From Alphaproteobacteria bacterium (GTDB lineage Bacteria; Pseudomonadota; Alphaproteobacteria; CACZRW01): DNA of 64,000 nt. The translations under genes and the position numbers were made by a program. Below are positions 57,001 through 64,000 of the stretch, one piece after another (the stretch's first letter is position 1; every line of letters starts with the position of its first letter). The notes below the pieces were generated by a model. It saw nothing but the letters and a program-made list of their open reading frames with translations. It was not told the DNA's origin and made no database searches. The DNA lies in assembly GCA_017507765.1 (NCBI GenBank), contig JAFWAG010000032.1, positions 20,919 to 84,918 of the forward strand. The letters are read 5' to 3'.

Positions 57001-60000
57001 CTTCTGGCAATGCCATAGTTTTCAATCGTTCCTATCTCGTTACCGTTTAAGCCAAGAACCATTCCGTTTTGACCGACACGACCGATAACTTTTCCGTCAG
57101 CTGCCTGAACTTCCTCCAAATCCGAGAAGGCGCTTTTTACTGCTTCGGGGATAAAGCCGACTATCTTACCGGACGAATTAACGACAACTGCCTTATCGTT
57201 AGCTTTGCCGTAAATAACTCCTTTGGAATCACGAACATCGCCAGCGTTATCAACTACTCCCATTAAAAGCCCAGAAGCATCATACGCTTTATCGCCGGCA
57301 AAACCGTTGACCTTAACCGCCGGAACAAAACCGGTAATGTTTCCGTTTGCTTCAAGCATAAAGCCGAACTTGTTCAAAACGCCTAAAAGCTTGGCATTAG
57401 CATTCAATACCTGACCGTCTGCATTGGCTGTTCCTATCGGGTCTCCGTTCGGATTGTATACCGTCATGCCAAAGAAAGCATTCTTGGTGTCAGCCGGAAT
57501 AAAGCCAATAATACGATTAGAGCTATCTTTGGCTATGCCTAAAGCGTCTATCTCTCCGATTGTGCGACCGGAAGTGTCAGTTACTTTACCATACGGAGAA
57601 ACAATGCCGACAACCATTCCCGTCGAACCTAAGACTAACCTGCCGGAAAATACTGATAATTCACCTTCTGCGGCTTCGTTTGAAGAAACTCTGCCGATAT
57701 CACGACCGTCATTGCCTCGGATTGAACCGTCCGGCATACGCTCGCCAATAATCATATTTCCGCCGCCACGAACTTTCAAATCAGGAACTACACGTCCCAG
57801 AACTTTACCGTCTACACCGACAACACGTCTGTCGTTCAAAGTTCTGCCTATGACATTGTTGCGATTGTCGATAACCGTACCGTCGGCAAGAACTCTTCCC
57901 AAATGGTTGCCGTTTTCATCAATCAGCATTCCACGGGTTAAAACTTTCCCAAGAACATTGCCATTGGCATCAACAACATCTCCGGATATGGTCAAGCAAT
58001 CCATAATCTTGCCGTCAGCTCCGACAACATTACCGTTTACCAAAACTCTGCCAAGGAAACGGCCGTCCAAACCAATTACCGAAGAAGCATACTTTACCAA
58101 AGAACCGATATTATTGCCGTCACTGCCGGTAACTTTGCCGTCAGCTCCGATACAACCAAGATAAGAACCGTTTTTGTTAATAACGTTAGCTCCCAAACCG
58201 GTGTAACCGATAACTTGACAAGCTCCACGAATTACCGTGCCTTTATAAGAAGCAATTACCGCAATCAAACGATTATCATCGTCAATTACCGACCCGTCGG
58301 TAGCAATCCGTCCTATGGTGCGACCGTTATCATCGCTTACGGTAGCGGACGGTTCTGCCAAACCAATCTGTTCACAGTTCGGAGTTACCGCAGGACCGTA
58401 GGCAACTATACCGCCAATGATAGAGCCGCTTCGGTCAATAATTGAACCGTCATCGGTAATCATGCCAAGCTGGGCGCCTTCTGCATCAATAACCGTACCG
58501 TCAAAAGACTGGAAGCCTTTTGATTGATATCCGGCAAAAATCGGCATACCCATACGCATACTCATACCGACATATGGGACTAAGCTTTTACTGTTGCTGT
58601 TTCCTCCGATAGCCGTGCCATCCGGAAGAACTCGACCGGATAATCCGTTTTCTCCCAATAAAGAGCCGTTTGGATTGATAACACCAACAAACTGACCTCT
58701 ATCATTAACCGCAGTTTTTCCCGTTAAAATACCGCCAATAACTCTGCCTGCCGAATCAATAGCAAAACCGGAAGGAAGGATAGTGGCAAACTGCCGTCCC
58801 TGAACATCGACAACATCGCCGGAAACAGTTAACCAACCGGCAAAAGTTCCGTCTTCGGTAAATACATTATAAGAAGAAACCGTTGAACCGATAACGTGTT
58901 TGCGGGCGTTAATAACCATACCATAAGGAAGCGCCTTACCAATTACGGTTCCGGTTGTATCAATTACGGAGCCGTCAATGTCTATCCACCCCAAAGGCTT
59001 AGCTTCGGCGCTGAAAGCAATACCGGTGGGAACCGTACCTGCGGTAACGGAACCACGTTCCAAAACATCTCCGACGGCGGAAAGGCTGCCAAAAGCACGC
59101 ACCCCGTCCCAAGCCGAACCGTCAGGCATAGCAAAACCGGCTAAGCTTCCGTCATAACGGATTAAAGCTCCTTCCGGAATTACCGCACCGGCAGGGATTT
59201 TATTACGGTTTAAAACAACACCGTTTGCCGAAACGCTTCCTAAGGCAACTTTGTCTGTCAGGCTTTCAACCAAAGCGTCGGGGCGAACTATACCCATAAT
59301 ACCGCCTTTGGACGACATCGCTAAAGTTCCAAGCTCCCAAACTTTACCGATAATATCCTTACCTTGGGAGTTAACTACGGTAGCGTCAGCCAAAACTTTA
59401 CCGATAACCTTGCCGTTTGGTCCCATGGCTATACCGTTGTCCGCCGTATAGCCGATAACGTCTCCACGATTACCGATAACCATTCCTTCGGGAACAATCC
59501 GACCTATAGCTATTCCGGCAGAAGAAACCACAATCCCTGATGCACGAACCGTTCCAATAATTTTGCCGGTTTCATCGGTAACTTTACCTGCCGGACCTAC
59601 TTTACCGGCTTGTTTGCCGTCAAAGCTTACAAATAAGCCTGTGGGCATAATCCGACCGACATAGGCACCTTTTTCATTCATAACCGAACCGTCAGGCATA
59701 ATCCTGCCGATATTGTTATTACGATTATCGACTACATCTCCGTTCGGCAAGGCGTTACCGATAACTTCACCGCTACGGCCGATAACACTTCCAAGCCGAA
59801 CAGCTTTGCCCAAAACTTTACCGTCATTGGAAATAATGAACAATGCAGGAGTCATGCGACCAATCTGGGCGCCGGTACGGTCGTAAACCGCACCTTTACT
59901 ATCAATACGACCTAACATACGGCCGGAAACACCCAAAGCAACAACCCGAGACGGAACAACTTTACCGACAATATTACCTTTGGTATCAATAACCATTCCG

Positions 60001-62591
60001 GTAGAAATTGCTCTGCCTATGATTGTTCCGGAATTATTTCTTACGATTGTACCGTCGGAACTTAAACGACCTATATTATTACCGGCATAATCAATAACTT
60101 CGGCTCCTGTGGACATATTGCCGTTTGCCCAACCGATAACGTTTCCAGAGTTATCAACAACCGTACCGTCAGAAGAAACTTTACCAATTACTTTACCGGA
60201 AGCATCAACCACGGAAGAGTCCGCCATAACTCTGCCAATAACATTTCCAGATTTATCAACAACCCGTCCGAATACTTTTTCGCCAGAGCTGCCGATAACA
60301 TTTCCTTCTTTGTCAACAACCGTACCGTCAGGAGCAGCTTTACCAATTACCTTACCGGAAGCATCAACTACGGAAGAGTCCGGCATAACCCAACCGACAA
60401 CTTTTCCGGCTTTATCAACAACGGGATTGAATACCTTTTTATTCGACCAACCAATGATATTTCCTGCGGTATCAACAACCGTGCCGTCCGGAACTGCTTT
60501 ACCGATTACCGTACCGGAAACGTCAACTACGGAAGCGTCCGGCATAACCCAACCAACAACCTTACCGACCGCATCAACAACCGTGCCGAAAGGAACGTTT
60601 GAGCCGATAATCTTATTATTCGCATCGTATAAGATGCCACCGGCACCAAGACAGCCTATGTAATCACCTTTGCGGTTATATATCTTACCGTCCAAACGAG
60701 TCTGGCCAAGGACTTCACCCTGTTGGTTAATAACCGAACCACCATGGCGGACATAACCGGATTCAAGCGTGCTTCCTTTGCGTTTAATCAAACCATCAGG
60801 ATAAACTTTTGCCGAATCATCACCAAGAATGGTTCCGGAGACATCAATAGCCCCCAGAATGCCGCAACCTTTTGTCAAAGCAATATCCGAAGAAATTACT
60901 TTACCAAGATTTCCGCCTTCGGCATTGATGATATTGCCGTTGGGCATAACATTGCCAAGAACGTTACCGTCTTCGGAAACAACCATAAAATTAGGAGCGA
61001 CATAGCCAATAGTTCCGCCTTCGGTACCGATAGGCAGACCTTTGGAGGGTATTTTACCGATTACTTCAGCGTTATCGTTTACAACACTGCCGTCCGGCAT
61101 TGCGCAACCCAAAGCATTGGAAGCAGCGTCAAAAGCTTTACCTTCGGAATTGATGTAACCGGCGATTTTACCTTCTTTATTCATGAACAAGCCGTCACGA
61201 ATTACGCCACCGATAACACTGCCCGTAAGGTTCGTAACAACACCGTCAATATCAACCGAACCGATTTGACGGCGGCCTTTATCAATTACCAAGCCGTCCG
61301 GCATAACCATACCAAGGAACTTACAACCGGAGCCAACAGCTACACCCGAAGGAAGAAGTTTGGCAACAACTTGATTTTCTGCGGATACAGCAACTCCAGA
61401 GGGAAGAATGCGCCCAACAACACCTTTTCTGCCTTTTACTTCGGCATTAGGCATAACAATTCCGGCAACGACATCTTCGGCATTTACGGCAACTCCGCGA
61501 GGAGCCAAATAACCGATTGTGGTTCCGTCCAAACCAACTACTCTGGTATCGCCCAACACCGTACCGATAATATCGCCGTTTTTGCCAAGTACCGTAGCGT
61601 CAAGACCTACGGTTCCAAGGAATATACCGCTTTTATCAACTACCGGTCCTAACTCTATGGCTCCACCGATAACATTCAATTTGGCATCAACAATAGTTCC
61701 GTCCCCCAAAGTCCGACCGACAACAGTTCCGTTGTCGTCCAAAACTATTGAATCCTTCATTATCCTACCAAGGATTTTACCGTCCAAAGAAACCGGTATT
61801 TTATCTGGTTGAACAATACTGATAACAGCTCCGGTTTCATCAAGTACGGCGCCGTTTTCTCCCATTTTGCCAAGGACGTTGCCGTTTTCATCAACGACAT
61901 TGCCGGCTTCGTTCAAATAACCAAGAACTTTGCCGTCAAAGCCCATAACCAGACGGCCTTTTTGAATAATTGTATCTCCGGAAGGTCCGGCTTCACAAAC
62001 TCCACACAAGCTTGTATCAGTTGCGACACCGGCAACGGTAACAATAAGTTTGCGGGTAACATTAAGCCCGCCCTCTTCCGTCCAACGAACGGCAAGATTG
62101 TTCTGTAAGCTACGTCCCATAACCGGTTTCCAGAAAACCCGAATGTTACAGGTTGCATCTGCGGACAAAACCTGATTGGGTTCGCACTTACTTTCATACG
62201 AAAAACCGTCTTGCTGCGGTTCTTCCAAATCAACGGAAACAATCCGGATTTTTCCTCCGGTCGCAATCAAGGTGATTACAGATTCCGCTTTGGTACCCAA
62301 AACCACCGGATCCAAAACCAAGGCTTCCGGTTTGGCTTCAAGCTTTGCACTGCCTTCAGCCGGAGCCGTCGGCAAAGCTATCGGAGCGTTGTTTCCGGTG
62401 TTTAAAGCGGCAAATGGATCAACCGTAGCCGTCAAATCAGGGTCTGTGTCCTCCACTCCCCGTCCCCCTAAGTCAATAAGGGAAAGAAGCCCGATAAGAA
62501 AAGCCAAAGCCATAACCAAACCAACAATCAAAACGATGCGGTTGGTTTTCTTTAAATAACGATCCGATGCGCTTAAAAGTTCTTTTTTCAT
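54096..62591 (-). CDS. virB10: Giant VirB10: N-terminal TM anchor + about 2,150-aa array of 17-residue repeats + canonical TrbI/VirB10 C-terminal domain + Pro-rich tail
   Basis: Uninterrupted 8,496-nt ORF (2,831 aa); TM IVLIVGLVMALAFLIGLLSLI; C-terminal region RLIVKGKAIPAVLVNTIDSRF...IVIPAGSRLIGVSGG...KVDITWERLIRPDGIAFVFEGISGDAQGRGGIPGYLDRRLF...TVVTIPSGTKLTAFANQDLWI aligns with the A. tumefaciens VirB10 barrel; start ATG overlaps the virB9 stop (ATGA). Confidence 0.8.
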   Translation of the reverse strand: MKKELLSASDRYLKKTNRIVLIVGLVMALAFLIGLLSLIDLGGRGVEDTDPDLTATVDPFAALNTGNNAPIALPTAPAEGSAKLEAKPEALVLDPVVLGTKAESVITLIATGGKIRIVSVDLEEPQQDGFSYESKCEPNQVLSADATCNIRVFWKPVMGRSLQNNLAVRWTEEGGLNVTRKLIVTVAGVATDTSLCGVCEAGPSGDTIIQKGRLVMGFDGKVLGYLNEAGNVVDENGNVLGKMGENGAVLDETGAVISIVQPDKIPVSLDGKILGRIMKDSIVLDDNGTVVGRTLGDGTIVDAKLNVIGGAIELGPVVDKSGIFLGTVGLDATVLGKNGDIIGTVLGDTRVVGLDGTTIGYLAPRGVAVNAEDVVAGIVMPNAEVKGRKGVVGRILPSGVAVSAENQVVAKLLPSGVAVGSGCKFLGMVMPDGLVIDKGRRQIGSVDIDGVVTNLTGSVIGGVIRDGLFMNKEGKIAGYINSEGKAFDAASNALGCAMPDGSVVNDNAEVIGKIPSKGLPIGTEGGTIGYVAPNFMVVSEDGNVLGNVMPNGNIINAEGGNLGKVISSDIALTKGCGILGAIDVSGTILGDDSAKVYPDGLIKRKGSTLESGYVRHGGSVINQQGEVLGQTRLDGKIYNRKGDYIGCLGAGGILYDANNKIIGSNVPFGTVVDAVGKVVGWVMPDASVVDVSGTVIGKAVPDGTVVDTAGNIIGWSNKKVFNPVVDKAGKVVGWVMPDSSVVDASGKVIGKAAPDGTVVDKEGNVIGSSGEKVFGRVVDKSGNVIGRVMADSSVVDASGKVIGKVSSDGTVVDNSGNVIGWANGNMSTGAEVIDYAGNNIGRLSSDGTIVRNNSGTIIGRAISTGMVIDTKGNIVGKVVPSRVVALGVSGRMLGRIDSKGAVYDRTGAQIGRMTPALFIISNDGKVLGKAVRLGSVIGRSGEVIGNALPNGDVVDNRNNNIGRIMPDGSVMNEKGAYVGRIMPTGLFVSFDGKQAGKVGPAGKVTDETGKIIGTVRASGIVVSSAGIAIGRIVPEGMVIGNRGDVIGYTADNGIAMGPNGKVIGKVLADATVVNSQGKDIIGKVWELGTLAMSSKGGIMGIVRPDALVESLTDKVALGSVSANGVVLNRNKIPAGAVIPEGALIRYDGSLAGFAMPDGSAWDGVRAFGSLSAVGDVLERGSVTAGTVPTGIAFSAEAKPLGWIDIDGSVIDTTGTVIGKALPYGMVINARKHVIGSTVSSYNVFTEDGTFAGWLTVSGDVVDVQGRQFATILPSGFAIDSAGRVIGGILTGKTAVNDRGQFVGVINPNGSLLGENGLSGRVLPDGTAIGGNSNSKSLVPYVGMSMRMGMPIFAGYQSKGFQSFDGTVIDAEGAQLGMITDDGSIIDRSGSIIGGIVAYGPAVTPNCEQIGLAEPSATVSDDNGRTIGRIATDGSVIDDDNRLIAVIASYKGTVIRGACQVIGYTGLGANVINKNGSYLGCIGADGKVTGSDGNNIGSLVKYASSVIGLDGRFLGRVLVNGNVVGADGKIMDCLTISGDVVDANGNVLGKVLTRGMLIDENGNHLGRVLADGTVIDNRNNVIGRTLNDRRVVGVDGKVLGRVVPDLKVRGGGNMIIGERMPDGSIRGNDGRDIGRVSSNEAAEGELSVFSGRLVLGSTGMVVGIVSPYGKVTDTSGRTIGEIDALGIAKDSSNRIIGFIPADTKNAFFGMTVYNPNGDPIGTANADGQVLNANAKLLGVLNKFGFMLEANGNITGFVPAVKVNGFAGDKAYDASGLLMGVVDNAGDVRDSKGVIYGKANDKAVVVNSSGKIVGFIPEAVKSAFSDLEEVQAADGKVIGRVGQNGMVLGLNGNEIGTIENYGIARSFSGEVIGFVRSKDASTVYDSEGNLIGIPDTTGKILDGERNTVGLVDEHGLFRNTMGEVLGYVSMKVSSSYIDKSVVNARGAVLGKVDAEGVVRDSSDAPLGTVDGKGIAHNAEGTIIGFVPAVMKNPYSGLTAYGSTGLAVGTINDTGNLITKTGTALGTVNSRAIVKDSQGRPIAFVPAKAVSKMLALKVYGREGKVIGTIDEDGMILSDGAVIGSVDAQSIAKDTSGKLLGFVPNSNLDIRNELVGRRVLASSGLAVGTIGKDGLVRASGDKIVGRAEISGVVRDMLGKKIGVASTTAFQPKKAMRLVGQPVIGKTGNFSGIIWEDGTVRDATGRVIGNCLESGVVVNAKGETIGVVSTVEQALGGFGGKKAYNKNGVLMGTVGADGMVRDKVGKIVGRVVEDGTVVDLQGKRIGVAPKSRVLTDSSGKVIGYTDTRRAIVNKDGKVVGFVNEDGELVDLKGNVIDGRVMADGSIVDARGRHIGTVSEKDFLVDTEGNNIGWLDENGDVVDMDGVVVGSLNEDGELLNTLGEVVASVKDVIAEKIRSFARNEGSISRLPSQQSMASSIAGDASKTPPVFDNLGAFGDYGNKNLGKGGGFGPGERYDSSRVRRIMALQQDRRANVEWGHFKAPNFKNNTEDEDWSSLGIKKSVSSLPVKMNRLIVKGKAIPAVLVNTIDSRFTDTPVTAIVERNIYAEDGRNIVIPAGSRLIGVSGGDSQGGGFVSKVDITWERLIRPDGIAFVFEGISGDAQGRGGIPGYLDRRLFDKYFTPLVSEIAADAITIAMASSSKPVPGAYGGESAKSDRQEAYEDARDSWTDTSSSIIQQMLKDYSDIMTVVTIPSGTKLTAFANQDLWIRSPDAANSIDDDIIKEERPLIADKKPERPLAGSSSQVKTTTVYQPGNAATVAGGAGSGSLAKRKNPNEVPLIAPSQPKQSSVPVYEPPPLPEGQRSPSSAGNPVPRLF
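55540..62020. repeat. About 6.5-kb in-frame array of >120 degenerate 51-bp units encoding [VI]VDxxGxVIGxVxxDG[ST]-type 17-aa repeats inside virB10
   Basis: Protein-level periodicity, e.g. VVDKAGKVVGWVMPDSS/VVDASGKVIGKAAPDGT/VVDKSGNVIGRVMADSS/VVDASGKVIGKVSSDGT; DNA copies are divergent (not recent slippage). Confidence 0.7.
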
Positions 62592-63997
62592 TGCGTCCGC
62601 ACAACAATACAGTTAAGACCACGGCGACTTAATTGCCCACAAATCTTATCGCCAACTTTAATATCACTGATGGGCCCGACCCGAAGACGGAATAAATCCT
62701 GTTCCCCGCTTTCTGCCGAAGTATCAACCGAGAAATACGGCTGATAACTGCCGATTAAGTCTCGATTACGGCGAGAAATGGTATTCCAAGAATCTTCCAA
62801 CTTAGAAATCTCTTTATCCGAACCAAGTTCTATGGCTATTTTTTCCTGTCCGGCAGGTGCGGCGGCAAAATATCCAAGACGCTGACCGTCTTTGGCCATA
62901 GAGGAAAGAGTGCTGCGAATGTCGGCTTTAGCACGGCTGTCCGCTACTCCCGTCGGAAGGGGACGCATACCGGCAGGTACGCTGTTAACACTGCCAGACT
63001 TGCCGTTGTTGCCAAGCCAAGCGGAAAAACTTTCTTCAATTACCATGTCTTCCGGCATTGCTTGTCCCGCAGCTTGCTTTGCGGCGGCATTCTGTGAACC
63101 GGGCATCTTTGTGGCATTAGGTCCGATAGGTGCTTGAACGTCCCAATGCTTTTCATTATAGGTGCTGTAATCTATGTAATCCAAGCCAAAAGCAGGATCT
63201 TTGCGCAGTTTAAGACATACTATTTTTTGTCCGTTTCTTAAAACCATGTCTCCGACTGCTTCAACAATAATTAAACGGCCGTTAGGACCGCGGGTACGAA
63301 AGCCAACTGGAACTTCACTATCCTGCACTATCAGATTGACAATCGGCCGCTCTAACATCGCCAAGGCTTTGGGGCCAAAATCTATGTAAGTAAAAATCTC
63401 ATCGTGCCAGACTCTTTCCGGCGCAATGTCAATATCGTTCGGGTTAGGAAGATATACTTCTATATCGAAGCGAAACTTCTCGGGATTCGTAGGAATCCCC
63501 TCCAACCAGTTCTTAGGTGCATTACTTGCTACGTTTAAAGCCGCCGAGGGATTCAGCGAATTACCCGGAATGGCGGGGTTCATTCCGCTGCCGCGCATAC
63601 CGCTTACCCAACCGGGGGTGTTACTGCTGACACCGCCGGTAACTCCGCTGCCGGAAGGAGCATTCGGAACAATAACATCAACAACTGCGTTGGTTATTCT
63701 GTCCGTATTGTATCCTTCGCTGCGAAGATAGAAGGCATAACGATTGCCGGAACGACCGAAAACGATAAGGTTGGAATCAACGCCAATCATACCCGGCTGC
63801 GTAAACAGCAATAACGAATTAGGAGAAGGAAACTCTCCGACAAAGGAAGAAGTATCGCCTATCCAAATGGAATCAATTACTTCCCAAGCAGGAAAATTGA
63901 TAAGCGTTGCCATGCTTTCCCGCAAACGAACCGGAAGAACTTTTTCCGGAGCCCAGCTGTAACGGGAATATCCCGGACTGGTTTGACCTTCGCCCAT
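62588..63997 (-). CDS. virB9: VirB9 (TrbG/CagX family) with a Gly/Ser/Asn/Pro-rich insertion between the N- and C-terminal domains; 5' end may lie beyond the window
   Basis: 469 aa or more; N-domain LFTQPGMIGVDSNLIVFGRSGNRYAFYLRSEGYN; C-domain HDEIFTYIDFGPKALAMLERPIVNLIVQDSEVPVGFRTRGPNGRLIIVEAVGDMVLRNGQKIVCLK matches the VirB9 C-terminal motif (dDG.fTYf.F....lP.vf.v..dG.E.lvN.r..g..lvV......l.LR.G); stop overlaps the virB10 start. Confidence 0.7.
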   Translation of the reverse strand: MGEGQTSPGYSRYSWAPEKVLPVRLRESMATLINFPAWEVIDSIWIGDTSSFVGEFPSPNSLLLFTQPGMIGVDSNLIVFGRSGNRYAFYLRSEGYNTDRITNAVVDVIVPNAPSGSGVTGGVSSNTPGWVSGMRGSGMNPAIPGNSLNPSAALNVASNAPKNWLEGIPTNPEKFRFDIEVYLPNPNDIDIAPERVWHDEIFTYIDFGPKALAMLERPIVNLIVQDSEVPVGFRTRGPNGRLIIVEAVGDMVLRNGQKIVCLKLRKDPAFGLDYIDYSTYNEKHWDVQAPIGPNATKMPGSQNAAAKQAAGQAMPEDMVIEESFSAWLGNNGKSGSVNSVPAGMRPLPTGVADSRAKADIRSTLSSMAKDGQRLGYFAAAPAGQEKIAIELGSDKEISKLEDSWNTISRRNRDLIGSYQPYFSVDTSAESGEQDLFRLRVGPISDIKVGDKICGQLSRRGLNCIVVRTQ

Positions 63998-64000
63998 GTT

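Noticed and set aside
60723-61652. 309-aa plus-strand ORF (and neighbours 60109-60663, 57424-58164, 61519-62108) opposite virB10
   Set aside because: These are antisense shadow frames of the virB10 repeat array. They give Thr/Pro/Asn-rich low-complexity translations. The virB10 frame is uninterrupted for 8.5 kb and ends in a recognisable domain.
55540-62020. Possibility that the periodic array is a CRISPR or non-coding satellite
   Set aside because: The units are 51 bp, in frame and degenerate at the DNA level. There are no unique spacers, and the array lies inside a continuous ORF with conserved amino-acid periodicity. It is a coding repeat.
54096-62591. Possibility that the 2,831-aa ORF is two genes (repeat protein + normal virB10)
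   Set aside because: There is no in-frame stop anywhere in 8,496 nt, and no internal RBS/ATG context is obvious at the repeat/TrbI boundary. The only TM anchor is at the extreme N-terminus, as VirB10 requires. A sequencing frameshift cannot be excluded and this is flagged for verification.
1-64000. Looked for tRNA/rRNA genes, IS elements/transposases, integrases and phage genes
   Set aside because: None were recognisable by eye. The intergenic regions are short and lack tRNA-like GTTCGA/T-arm signatures, and no transposase or integrase motifs were seen. A proper tRNAscan/Rfam/ISfinder run is still needed.

Overview
This 64-kb window looks like a chromosomal segment from an obligate-intracellular, Rickettsiales/Holosporales-like alphaproteobacterium (GC about 45%). 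Most genes lie on the minus strand. Housekeeping genes (proS, leuS, rne, amiC, kdsB, a PgsA C-terminus, OmpR/EnvZ-like two-component system, PAS-GGDEF cyclase, DsbA, BepA-like M48 protease, FadL, TspO) are interleaved with three separate islets of an rvh/VirB-type type IV secretion system. Islet 1 (8.2-13.1 kb) holds virD4, an upstream membrane protein, and a candidate HExxH toxin plus SUKH-like immunity pair. Islet 2 (34.7-44.5 kb) holds five tandem VirB6-like paralogs plus a 73-aa membrane ORF, and is followed co-directionally by a dual-XRE/S24-like regulator, two highly acidic repeat proteins, a secretin-N-domain protein and a Pro-rich anchored protein. Islet 3 (53.1-64.0 kb) holds virB9-virB10-virB11 and appears co-transcribed with a GDSL lipase and a LigT-like 2H phosphoesterase. 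The most unusual feature is a 2,831-aa VirB10. It has a normal N-terminal TM anchor and a canonical TrbI/VirB10 C-terminal domain, but between them sits about 6.5 kb of degenerate 17-residue Gly/Val/Asp repeats (>120 copies). Other points: a VirB9 with a low-complexity insertion, a conserved CxxC motif in all VirB6 paralogs, several candidate effector proteins with acidic repeats and basic C-termini, a GGT homolog and a LigT homolog with substituted catalytic residues, and an archaeal-type ProRS. No rRNA, tRNA, CRISPR or IS elements were recognisable by eye. All domain calls rest on manual motif recognition and need profile-search confirmation.
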